DNA of 64,000 nucleotides from a virus: the IMG/VR virus record IMGVR_UViG_3300042691_030776; one strand, given 5' to 3'. Position numbers and translations under genes: made by a program. Positions 53,933 to 62,924 of the stretch are shown in pieces. Numbering within the stretch: the first letter of the stretch is position 1; the number at the start of each line of letters is the position of its first letter. The notes beneath the pieces were generated by a model. It was not told the origin of the DNA. It saw only the letters and a program-made list of their open reading frames with translations, and ran no database searches.

Positions 53933-55141
53933 ATGAAAATACCACACGATAAGTTTTGTGTCCTACCCTGGGTCAGCATTGAAGCCAGCCCCATTGGCAC
54001 TGTGCGTCCTTGTTGTTTGGCTACAGACGAAATCCTAGACGATGCCGGCAACAAATTCAAACTCAATCAAGCATCATTCCAAGAAATACAAAATAGTCAG
54101 CATATGAGATCTCTTAGAGAGCAGTTTCTTGCGGGCGAGCAACCCCAAACTTGTCGCCGTTGTTGGAATGAAGAACGTGCTGGCCGTACCAGCAAGCGTA
54201 TGCATACCTTGGATAGACTCAAGCACATGGGCATCAGTTCTGAATGGACAGCAGATGCCAAGCCCTTGATGTTCTTAGATCTCAAACTGGGTAACATCTG
54301 CAACCTTAAATGTCGTATCTGTGGATCGTGGTCGAGTTCGCAGTTTGCCACAGAAGAACTCAACTTCATCATTGACAAGGAAGAAAAGAAAACTAGCTTC
54401 CACTATCAAATGTTACGTGATGGCGCATGGCCCCGAGAGAGTGAGCAGTTTTGGGCACAGTTGGATTCAGCCATGGGCGAAGTTCGTTACATAGAGTTCA
54501 CAGGTGGCGAACCTTTTATGATCCGTGAGCATTTTGACCTGTTAAAAAAGTTAGTTGAGAAAAACTATGCACATCAAATAGAAATACATTATAACACCAA
54601 CGGTACTCAGTATCCTAAAGAAGCTGAAGAGATTTGGCAGTATTTTAAACATGTAGAGATTGCGTTTAGCATTGATGATGTTGGGTCACGTTTTGAATAT
54701 CAACGCACCAATGCAGTATGGACAGAAGTTGTTGACAACATTGAAAAGTTCCAAGCCATGCGCGAAAGAAATCTCAACATGACTTTGCAAGTGTGTTGTA
54801 CAATCAATGTATTTAATGTAATGTATCTTGAAGATGTAGCACAGTGGATTGACACACAGGATTTTGATTTTGTATATTGGAATATGTTGCATGATGCTTA
54901 CTATTTTAGTATTGGCACTTTGCCTGCGGAAGCCAAACGTGTGGCCACTGAAAGATTGACAAAGGCCAATGTTCCTGCAAAGTTCCGAGCAGAGTTTGAC
55001 CGTGTGATTGATTTCATGAACAACGGTGCCAGTCTTGATGGACAGCTATTACGCATAAAAGTCGAAGACTTAGATTTTAAACGTCAGCAACGGCTAGTAG
55101 ACTACTTGCCAGAACTTGCTGGTGCCATTGGATATCAATGA
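53933..55141 (+). CDS. Radical SAM enzyme with N-terminal Twitch-like domain #4
   Basis: CVLPW...PCC...CRRCW; CNLKCRIC; TGGEP; start taken at ATG 53933. Confidence 0.88.
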   Translation: MKIPHDKFCVLPWVSIEASPIGTVRPCCLATDEILDDAGNKFKLNQASFQEIQNSQHMRSLREQFLAGEQPQTCRRCWNEERAGRTSKRMHTLDRLKHMGISSEWTADAKPLMFLDLKLGNICNLKCRICGSWSSSQFATEELNFIIDKEEKKTSFHYQMLRDGAWPRESEQFWAQLDSAMGEVRYIEFTGGEPFMIREHFDLLKKLVEKNYAHQIEIHYNTNGTQYPKEAEEIWQYFKHVEIAFSIDDVGSRFEYQRTNAVWTEVVDNIEKFQAMRERNLNMTLQVCCTINVFNVMYLEDVAQWIDTQDFDFVYWNMLHDAYYFSIGTLPAEAKRVATERLTKANVPAKFRAEFDRVIDFMNNGASLDGQLLRIKVEDLDFKRQQRLVDYLPELAGAIGYQ

Positions 55142-56043
55142 TTGACTTAGTATTATTACCTGAATATAAATCTGCGTTCATGACTCGCTACTTGTTGCCA
55201 GTTTTTTCGCAATGGTTTAGATTCCGGCAATGGGATGCCAACACTACCTATGATAAAAGTTCATTGTTTGTAACACATCACAACTCTGACGTGGAGTTAG
55301 CCAACAGACTGTATGAACAAGGCTATTGTGTTGCAGTTGAAGAACTTTGGGAATACAGAGATCCACATCCACGATTTCATACCATTTCTTCTCTACGATG
55401 GTTTTGGATCAATGAAGCGCATTGGTACATGATGTTGGGGTACGACCGCTATTATCCTACAAGAAACTACAGCAAACTTGCACTCATGCCCATGTGCAGA
55501 CCACGTCCTCACAGAGACATGACACTACAAAAACTAGCACCTTGGCTTGATCAGTTTGTTTGGAGCTATCATAATCGTATGTTGCCCAACGATCTTTCAT
55601 TGGAAAAACGAGAGCCTGGTGATTTTATCAACTGGCAGCGATACTTTAATCCTGAATGGTATGACTCTACTTCTTTTTCTATAGCAGTAGAAACCATGAT
55701 CACAGGACGTGGGTTCATAACAGAGAAAACTTGGAAGCCCATCGCTTACATGCATCCTTACATGGTGGTTGCACCCAACGGCACACTGAAACATTTACGC
55801 AGTTGGGGATTTGAAACCTACAGCAATATTTTTAACGAAAGCTATGATGACATAGATTTCAACGCAGGCAAACTAGATATCATTGCAGAGAATGTACGTT
55901 GTTATCAAGTGCAACCCTATGATGACGAAACACGAGATCGTGTGTCTTACAATAAAAATAGATTTTACAATCTCAATCTCTTAAAAACGGTGATCAGAGA
56001 AGACATACTAAATCCCTTGCAGGAGTTTATCAATGCGTCCTGA
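55138..56043 (+). CDS. GT-B-like glycosyltransferase (TEK motif) #4
   Basis: RPRPHR, IAVET...FITEKTWKPIAYMHPY...GFETY..IFNESYD. Confidence 0.55.
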   Translation: MIDLVLLPEYKSAFMTRYLLPVFSQWFRFRQWDANTTYDKSSLFVTHHNSDVELANRLYEQGYCVAVEELWEYRDPHPRFHTISSLRWFWINEAHWYMMLGYDRYYPTRNYSKLALMPMCRPRPHRDMTLQKLAPWLDQFVWSYHNRMLPNDLSLEKREPGDFINWQRYFNPEWYDSTSFSIAVETMITGRGFITEKTWKPIAYMHPYMVVAPNGTLKHLRSWGFETYSNIFNESYDDIDFNAGKLDIIAENVRCYQVQPYDDETRDRVSYNKNRFYNLNLLKTVIREDILNPLQEFINAS

Positions 56044-57331
56044 CACACTTTGTATGGCCCCATGGACTCATACCTATCTGTCACCACAGACTGAGCGTCG
56101 TATGTGCTGTGCGTCAAGAGAACCTGCACAGAACTTTGAGCAGTACATCGACACTGCCGCAGGCACAGGTCGATATATTCCTATCACATTAGACGAACAT
56201 TGGAACTCAGAACACATGAAGTCAGTACGTCGCAGGATGATGGCTGGAGAGACTCTGCCAGAATGTGATGTATGCAACAGCAAGCTCTTAAATACAGACG
56301 TCTATCGCAGTTATTTTTGGGGTTTGTTTAGCCACAAGTATGATGACGCCATGCAATCAACCGCTCCTGATGGGTCAACTACAATGAAGCCCGTGAGCTG
56401 GGATTACAGATTTAGTAATCTTTGTAACTTTAAATGTCGTATGTGTGGTGACATGCTGTCAAGTTCTTGGGAAACTGAGGAAAAGCGGCATGACATGGTT
56501 GACTGGTCTAATCCTAAAAACAACTGGATGCGCCCTGAAGTCAAACGTGAAATCACAAAGTTTCAAGACACACAGATAGAAGCAGAGTTTGCCCAGGCAG
56601 TAGAAGAACATCGCGTAGAAGAAATCTACTGGGTGGGCGGTGAGCCGTTGATGTATGAGCAACATTGGCGATATATGAAAAGAATTATTGAACTAGGCGA
56701 TGGCCCTAAACTTTATGCAAGATACAATACCAACCTTAGCCGCGTGGATTATAATGGGATTAGTCTTTATCGTGATTTGTTATCAAATATACGTGACTTC
56801 CAAATCTGTGCAAGCATCGACGGAACAGGACAAATCGGAGAATACATCAGAACCGGTCTGGCCTGGCCCGTATTTCTAGACAACTTCTGTCGTGGACTAG
56901 AAATAGCACGTCACCGCAGACAAATGCGCCTGGACTTTACTTTGACCTTACCAGGCTTGTTCGAAGTAGAAACCATGCAACGCACAGCTGATGAGCTAGG
57001 TGTGGATATCCTGGCCAAAGTAGTATTTGCGTTTACTCCTGACATTGTAATGAGTCCATTGGCTTTGCCTAGAGAAATACTAGACCGTAAAGTAGATGAA
57101 CTGGTGCCTGCTACACGCGGCGCACTACAAGATGTGCTACTACAGCTCAAGCAAAGGCCCACGTTTGAAGAACAATGGCCAGATCAGTACCACGCAGGTA
57201 TTGCACGAGGCAAGGCTCGTGTGTTAAAATTAGAACAGATAAGAAACGATTCGTTTACAATGAACGACATATTGGAAAAAGATGCAGACATATATCGCTG
57301 GTGGCAAGACATTAGACCAAGTAACGATTGA
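56033..57331 (+). CDS. Radical SAM enzyme with N-terminal Twitch-like domain #5
   Basis: CMAPW...MCC...CDVC; CNFKCRMC; VGGEP. Confidence 0.88.
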   Translation: MRPDTLCMAPWTHTYLSPQTERRMCCASREPAQNFEQYIDTAAGTGRYIPITLDEHWNSEHMKSVRRRMMAGETLPECDVCNSKLLNTDVYRSYFWGLFSHKYDDAMQSTAPDGSTTMKPVSWDYRFSNLCNFKCRMCGDMLSSSWETEEKRHDMVDWSNPKNNWMRPEVKREITKFQDTQIEAEFAQAVEEHRVEEIYWVGGEPLMYEQHWRYMKRIIELGDGPKLYARYNTNLSRVDYNGISLYRDLLSNIRDFQICASIDGTGQIGEYIRTGLAWPVFLDNFCRGLEIARHRRQMRLDFTLTLPGLFEVETMQRTADELGVDILAKVVFAFTPDIVMSPLALPREILDRKVDELVPATRGALQDVLLQLKQRPTFEEQWPDQYHAGIARGKARVLKLEQIRNDSFTMNDILEKDADIYRWWQDIRPSND

Positions 57332-58382
57332 GCTTAAGAACAGACAAACACAAGAAGTGTTTCCTGTTCGTATCAATGTGTTTGACAACTCCTTGAGTCA
57401 CAAGTGGCTCCAGGCTCTCAATGAACTTTTAAAAAACAACTATCATTTAGAAAAGAACTACTGTTTCTTTGGCTTTGTCGAGCATAAAAGAAATGGCTGG
57501 CACATACTCAACGAAGTAAATCGTAGCATCGATGCCATCAACCGTGCTGGGCTTGGATATCATATTGACGATTACTTTGACATGAGTAATACCGTCACAG
57601 ACGAGCCTATCGATGGTCGCACAGCAGGACGAAACATACGACAGGAAAAGCTCAACTGGTTACATCGCTACTTTGAAGATCTGCAGGGCGTAAGTGGCGC
57701 ACCAAAAGAATATTATCAACGGGCCGATGCCAAAACACGCTGGCATATTCGTCAGCTTAACTTGTTGTGTCATGAGTTTGAATCCTGGGCACTAAGTTAT
57801 CGTAAACAGATAGAAGCACCCGAATGGCAACGACCCAGTCAGCTGATGTGTTGGCTTAACGCACCGCGCTTTGTACTGGATGAAAAAGACTATGAACTAT
57901 TCGGCATAGAAACGATCAACCGTCCTCTGGGCGGAGTATTTGTTGGAGTAAACAAAGCAGTGGGCAAGCATCATTGGGAAGTGTTTCAAGATGAAGGCCG
58001 GGACAGCCGCGTGGGCGAGCTAGTGTCAACTACATTGCGCAGTCAAACAGAAGCTGCCGGTGACTTTGACATAGAGTGGGCCAACAATCCCGGCAACTAC
58101 GAGTGGCAAAAAACACGCCTTAAAGAGTTTCGAGAATGGTTAACAGTCAATGGTTTTGATCCTGAAGATCCTGCACTGACCATTGGTCATCCGCAGATTG
58201 GACAGGTTGATCTCATTGATACATTCTGGACAAATGATTACCAGGCCATCTGGCGCCGCCTAAATACACATCTCGATGTGTACAGCGTGAGTACCACAGA
58301 TGCCCGAGCAGTGTATGATTATTGCTGGAGTGACTCTGACTATGCACAACAACAGATCAATATTATAGGACATACAAAATGA
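57282..58382 (+). CDS. Hypothetical protein (366 aa; start uncertain)
   Basis: Long ORF in operon; LNWLHRYFE and LNLLCHEFE repeated His/Glu helices. Confidence 0.75.
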   Translation: MQTYIAGGKTLDQVTIELKNRQTQEVFPVRINVFDNSLSHKWLQALNELLKNNYHLEKNYCFFGFVEHKRNGWHILNEVNRSIDAINRAGLGYHIDDYFDMSNTVTDEPIDGRTAGRNIRQEKLNWLHRYFEDLQGVSGAPKEYYQRADAKTRWHIRQLNLLCHEFESWALSYRKQIEAPEWQRPSQLMCWLNAPRFVLDEKDYELFGIETINRPLGGVFVGVNKAVGKHHWEVFQDEGRDSRVGELVSTTLRSQTEAAGDFDIEWANNPGNYEWQKTRLKEFREWLTVNGFDPEDPALTIGHPQIGQVDLIDTFWTNDYQAIWRRLNTHLDVYSVSTTDARAVYDYCWSDSDYAQQQINIIGHTK

Positions 58383-58480
58383 AATGGTTACGCAACTTGA
58401 TCAACAGGATCCGACTCGAAATACGCTATCGTAAAAAACTCAAAGAACTTCGCAAACGAGATCCTTTTATTTACAAATGA
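58379..58480 (+). CDS. 33-aa basic microprotein ending PFIYK (not in ORF track)
   Basis: MKWLRNLINRIRLEIRYRKKLKELRKRDPFIYK; ATGA overlaps on both sides fill the gap exactly; AGGA RBS. Confidence 0.8.
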   Translation: MKWLRNLINRIRLEIRYRKKLKELRKRDPFIYK

Positions 58481-59964
58481 AACATATCTTAGGTATTAGT
58501 GCAGGGTTCCACGACGCCGCAGCCACTGTCATCAACTCAGATGGTGAAATAGTTTTTGCCGGTCACTCTGAACGTTACAGTAAAAACAAAAACGATCCTG
58601 CAATATCTCCAGAGTTACTCAATGAACTCTGTGCTTGGGAATACGATACCATAGCGTTTTATGAACGTCCTTGGGTACACAACCTTCAACAGATTTATTC
58701 TGGCCAGCGACATTTTGGTCCCTGGACCACTCGCGGTGCGTTAAAGCAACACCTTGGCATCTGGTACCAAACACCTGCTCGACGGGAAGTCAGCTTTAAT
58801 CATCACCTAAGCCACGCAGCCGCCGGCTTCCAAACAAGTCCCTATGACAGCGCGGCAGTTGTTGTGATTGATGCCATTGGCGAGCTAGACACTATAAGCA
58901 TATTCCGAGCTTGGTACGACAACAAAGGTCGTGCGCAATACAAAAGAGTGTGGCGACAGCGTTACCCACATTCGATTGGCTTGTTTTACAGCGCAATGAC
59001 TGATCGAGTTGGATTGAAGCCCATGGACGAAGAATACATAACCATGGGCATGGCCGCCTGGGGCAAGGATTCTTGGTATCCTACACTGTACAATCACGTA
59101 GTAAAAGATCACGAAAACGTCAGACTCAACGAGAACTTTCACATAGGTGTTGATGCTACTTTGCTAGAAGCTGCCACACCAGAAGATATTGCCTGCGCCA
59201 CACAGTTGGTAGCAGAAGATCTCATAATGAATGTGATGCAAAGGGCTTGGGAACTCACAGGAGAAACCAATCTTGTGTACATGGGCGGTGTGGCACTAAA
59301 CTGTCTTGCCAACAGAAATCTTGGAGACCTTTATGAAAATATTTGGATCATGCCTAATCCTGGTGATGCTGGTAGCAGTCTTGGTGCTGCCGCTCTGGCT
59401 CATGGGCATAGAGTTAACTGGAGAAATCCTTATCTCGGTCATGATATTCATGGCCCTTATCCCGTTGTGGAGCTTATGGATAGGCTACTTGCTGAACAAA
59501 TTGTCGGAGTTGCCTCAGGAAGAGCCGAGTTCGGACCCCGCGCACTGGGAAACCGTAGCCTCCTGGCAGACCCTAGAGGTAGCACGATTAAGGAACGAGT
59601 CAATGAGATCAAACGTCGCCAACAGTTCCGACCATTCGCTCCTGTGATCTTAGAAGAATGTGTCAACGACTATTTTGAAATGCCAGAAGGATACTCAACC
59701 AGTCCTTATATGCAAGTGGTAGCACGATGCAGGCATCCAGATCATTTTCCGGCTATTATACATGTAGATGGAACTAGTCGTGTGCAGACTGTGAGCCGAG
59801 ATTGTGGTTCGGGTATCCGACAACTGCTGGAAGCATGGTATTTAGAAACAGGGTGTCCTATGTTGTTGAATACCAGCTTGAACATACGAGGAGAACCCAT
59901 GGTCAATGACCGAGCCGACGCTGATCGTTTTGAAGCAAAATACGGTGTTAAAGTTTGTAGTTAG
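58477..59964 (+). CDS. O-carbamoyltransferase (NodU/CmcH/TobZ family)
   Basis: ILGISAGFHDAAA, ERYSK.KND, HHLSHAA, DAIGE, GGVALNC, GDAG, EFGPRALGNRS, FRPFAP, HVDGTSRVQT, LNTSLN. Confidence 0.95.
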   Translation: MKHILGISAGFHDAAATVINSDGEIVFAGHSERYSKNKNDPAISPELLNELCAWEYDTIAFYERPWVHNLQQIYSGQRHFGPWTTRGALKQHLGIWYQTPARREVSFNHHLSHAAAGFQTSPYDSAAVVVIDAIGELDTISIFRAWYDNKGRAQYKRVWRQRYPHSIGLFYSAMTDRVGLKPMDEEYITMGMAAWGKDSWYPTLYNHVVKDHENVRLNENFHIGVDATLLEAATPEDIACATQLVAEDLIMNVMQRAWELTGETNLVYMGGVALNCLANRNLGDLYENIWIMPNPGDAGSSLGAAALAHGHRVNWRNPYLGHDIHGPYPVVELMDRLLAEQIVGVASGRAEFGPRALGNRSLLADPRGSTIKERVNEIKRRQQFRPFAPVILEECVNDYFEMPEGYSTSPYMQVVARCRHPDHFPAIIHVDGTSRVQTVSRDCGSGIRQLLEAWYLETGCPMLLNTSLNIRGEPMVNDRADADRFEAKYGVKVCS

Positions 59965-60715
59965 TTCTTAAGAACGGAAGCAAATGTTGTCGAGTCCAAG
60001 ATAAATGCCCGTCAGGGCTAGGATGAAAATCATCCATATCGAGTAAGTCATTTTTGATTGAAAAACGATATAGATTTTCCACACTGTATTCAATCATGCT
60101 ATTGTATTTTGATTTTAAATCATCATTGAGATGATCACGTATTTCAAAATCATATCCTCTGTTGGGGATCGATCGATCTAAATAATCTAAAAATAAAAAT
60201 TTATATTGTTTTTGACGCAAGTAATGGTACAACATTGACACGTAGAGATAGTTTTCTACAGTTCTTGATTCAATACTTTTTATCTGATCCATATCTTTAA
60301 TACATTGAGTCTGAGCATTTCCTTTGCTTTCAGGATGATTTCCGCCACTGATGCCCGATACTACCGAGTCGGTATAACTAAAGGTCATCGGAAATCCATT
60401 CAATGAATTATCGGATATGATAGCATCATCTCTATTATGACAACTCCACATTACGATCACCAACGTATCTGCAGGATTGAGATTTAGAGTTTCTAAGGTC
60501 CATATCACACTGTGACTGATATGATAGTTCCCAGCACCGGGCAAGGAACAATCATAGACTTGGTCTATGCCAGCAAGATCTTTAATATAGTAAGGCCAAG
60601 TAACAGCACTGTTTTCACTGTTGTTGTAGGTAAAACTACACCCGCTGACTAAAAGATTCTTATATCCAAGATCAGTTTCTGTGGCAAACTGTTTTGGGAT
60701 CAATCTAGTTTTCAT
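59948..60715 (-). CDS. SGNH/GDSL-like hydrolase or acyltransferase
   Basis: LVSGCSFT (block I), PGAGN (block II), DDFHPSPDGH (DxxHP); start reassigned via ATGA overlap. Confidence 0.65.
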   Translation of the reverse strand: MKTRLIPKQFATETDLGYKNLLVSGCSFTYNNSENSAVTWPYYIKDLAGIDQVYDCSLPGAGNYHISHSVIWTLETLNLNPADTLVIVMWSCHNRDDAIISDNSLNGFPMTFSYTDSVVSGISGGNHPESKGNAQTQCIKDMDQIKSIESRTVENYLYVSMLYHYLRQKQYKFLFLDYLDRSIPNRGYDFEIRDHLNDDLKSKYNSMIEYSVENLYRFSIKNDLLDMDDFHPSPDGHLSWTRQHLLPFLRTNYKL

Positions 60716-61740
60716 AGGTAAGACTCTAGCCCACCTTTGCGTCGAATGTCTTGTGTACAGCAACTCACTCCACCGTCCCAGAAGTAGCTGTGTCGCAGTT
60801 CACTAATGATTGGCTCAATGCGATGTTTTTTGCAGAAATCAAAAACGTCTTTGTTGTAAGCTGAAAAGATAACATGACTTTCGTCTAGCACAAGACAGTT
60901 TACATCAAACACAGTTTCGCTGACAAAGCCAACCCAACTGCTTAGATATTTGTCTACAAAGGCAGAAAACTCAGCAGTCGGTGTTTGTCCTTGTACATAC
61001 CAAGCGCCATTGAAGTTTTCTTCTTTAAACTTGCCAACTTCCATGGCAGCCCAGATAGAACTATCCCAAATCTTGCACACATCCCAACTAGGAAAATCTC
61101 TAGCCAAGTCTAAGTTCACATCATGTTTACTGCTCAGTATTACTCCGGGCTTGAGTATGGCAAATACAGCATCACCGTGACCGTCTGTGATAGCTTCATG
61201 GATGCGATATTCGGATCCTAGTACGTTGTCTACAATCCAACGGGTTTGTTCAGGCTTCAAAAAGTCTGAGTTGTCAAAGAATACATCACGACCCACACGC
61301 ACAATACAACTAGCCGACGCACCGTTGAGTATGCAGTTGGGATCCCAAGTTCCGTTATGTGGATCAATGACTTGATCTCCGTATGAAGAGCAAATATCAT
61401 TGAGCTCGGCTACAGGTAACACACGTAGCAGTTTATTACCCAAAGTAATCTGCCAGTCTCTTGGTGTAAGAGGTGGGAGAGGCGCTCCTTCTCCAGATGT
61501 TTGCCAAGTTTGAAACTGATCTCGGTTGGGTAAGCTAGGTCTGCGTACAGTGGCACCATAGGTTTCTATAGTACGTTGTAGGTTATCAAGGTCTTCGGCT
61601 GTCTCTGCTAAGATCTGTTGTAGTTGATTTCTAACCTGAAGGTTGTCAATAAAATCAAAATAGTCTGGATCATAGGCTCTTCCTACTATGACTTCTTCTA
61701 AAGGTTGCCAACTGGTGTAGCTGTTTACGATATTGTTCAT
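60712..61740 (-). CDS. Amidinotransferase (glycine / inosamine-phosphate amidinotransferase family)
   Basis: NSYTSWQPLEEVIVGR, PRD, HGD, FDVN, GGVSCCTQDIRR (catalytic Cys region). Confidence 0.82.
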   Translation of the reverse strand: MNNIVNSYTSWQPLEEVIVGRAYDPDYFDFIDNLQVRNQLQQILAETAEDLDNLQRTIETYGATVRRPSLPNRDQFQTWQTSGEGAPLPPLTPRDWQITLGNKLLRVLPVAELNDICSSYGDQVIDPHNGTWDPNCILNGASASCIVRVGRDVFFDNSDFLKPEQTRWIVDNVLGSEYRIHEAITDGHGDAVFAILKPGVILSSKHDVNLDLARDFPSWDVCKIWDSSIWAAMEVGKFKEENFNGAWYVQGQTPTAEFSAFVDKYLSSWVGFVSETVFDVNCLVLDESHVIFSAYNKDVFDFCKKHRIEPIISELRHSYFWDGGVSCCTQDIRRKGGLESYL

Positions 61741-62924
61741 TGTTTTGTAAGTTCTCTGATCAAACTATTTAAACGATCCTGTTTGTTGCTTAAAAATAAT
61801 CTTTGGTTGTGCAACAGATCATCACGGCAGTCAATATAAAGTTGATGCAAGTCAACTTGTGTTACTAACCGTTCTATTTCAGTACAGGCCATATCCCATC
61901 GACGAGTATTGTTGGTCTCTTGATCGTAGCTGTGGTCAATCACATGATCAAATATTCGATAACCCATTGACTTTAACTGTGCAATACTGCCTGCAGGCGC
62001 TAATAATAAAAACGGCTGACAGTTTTTAATAGGTTTAAATGTTTTTTCGGTCAGAAACGTTCCGCCGCTTTGATCAGCATCTAAATGTGTTTCGAGTATG
62101 ATGTTGAGATAACTGTCATTGAAGTGTTGATGTACCGTGGTGGCATACAGATTGTGCGTGGCTGAATCTAACTCATCAGCACGGAAAGGTCCGCTGTTTA
62201 GAAATTGATGTGTATCGGCACGGAGTCCATTAAATTGATCAACTTCTATTGGATTATCGATGTGTTCATCGTCGTTGATCAACTGTTGCGTATTGTAAGA
62301 AAAATATCCTGATTGATGCAAACCTTGACGCCAGAGTCGAGCCATGGTAGTAGCTCTCCACCATTTGTGTGTTCGAACTAACGCGGTGTACTTCTTTGTT
62401 CTTTTAATGCTGTGATCAAACGCTATGGGAGGTTCTTGGTTGCGTAGTTGATACAAGCATTCGTCATCAACAAAATGTGTGAAGTTCTTGATCTGTTGAG
62501 CCGCTGAGTTCGCACTGGTAAACTTGATACGATCAGGATCAATGTCTTGATTAGAAAACTGTGACAGTATGTGTTGCTGTATACGAAAAGGGTTGTCACC
62601 TTCGCTGTAGAAGAACCATAGTGTAAGACTTTTAGTCCTGAGTTTTTCTCTAATAAACGTTGGTAATAGTTCAAACCAGTTGATATCAAAGTCAAAATAA
62701 CTGAGACTGATAGGGTATAGTGTTTCTTTGGTGGCCTGTGTCCACTCTACCAACTGATATTCAACACCAGCACGATCAAGATAATCTAAAAAGTGTACAG
62801 GTTCACTGTAGGGCCATTGTCTGCTGAACTGCCACCATTCAGATGTGTAAGGTTCGGCCTCCCATCTAGCGAGATTAGGATAAGGTTTGTTGTTTACAAT
62901 ACGGTCAACGCAGAAAGTTACCAT
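61737..62924 (-). CDS. GT-B-like glycosyltransferase (TEK motif) #5
   Basis: LNIILET...FLTEKTFKPIKNCQPF...GYRIF..VIDHSYD. Confidence 0.55.
   Translation of the reverse strand: MVTFCVDRIVNNKPYPNLARWEAEPYTSEWWQFSRQWPYSEPVHFLDYLDRAGVEYQLVEWTQATKETLYPISLSYFDFDINWFELLPTFIREKLRTKSLTLWFFYSEGDNPFRIQQHILSQFSNQDIDPDRIKFTSANSAAQQIKNFTHFVDDECLYQLRNQEPPIAFDHSIKRTKKYTALVRTHKWWRATTMARLWRQGLHQSGYFSYNTQQLINDDEHIDNPIEVDQFNGLRADTHQFLNSGPFRADELDSATHNLYATTVHQHFNDSYLNIILETHLDADQSGGTFLTEKTFKPIKNCQPFLLLAPAGSIAQLKSMGYRIFDHVIDHSYDQETNNTRRWDMACTEIERLVTQVDLHQLYIDCRDDLLHNQRLFLSNKQDRLNSLIRELTKQ

Noticed and set aside
58379-61740. Saxitoxin-like toxin cluster (SxtI/SxtK/SxtG analogues)
   Set aside because: No SxtA-like PKS or other core genes in the window; the context is glycosyltransferases.
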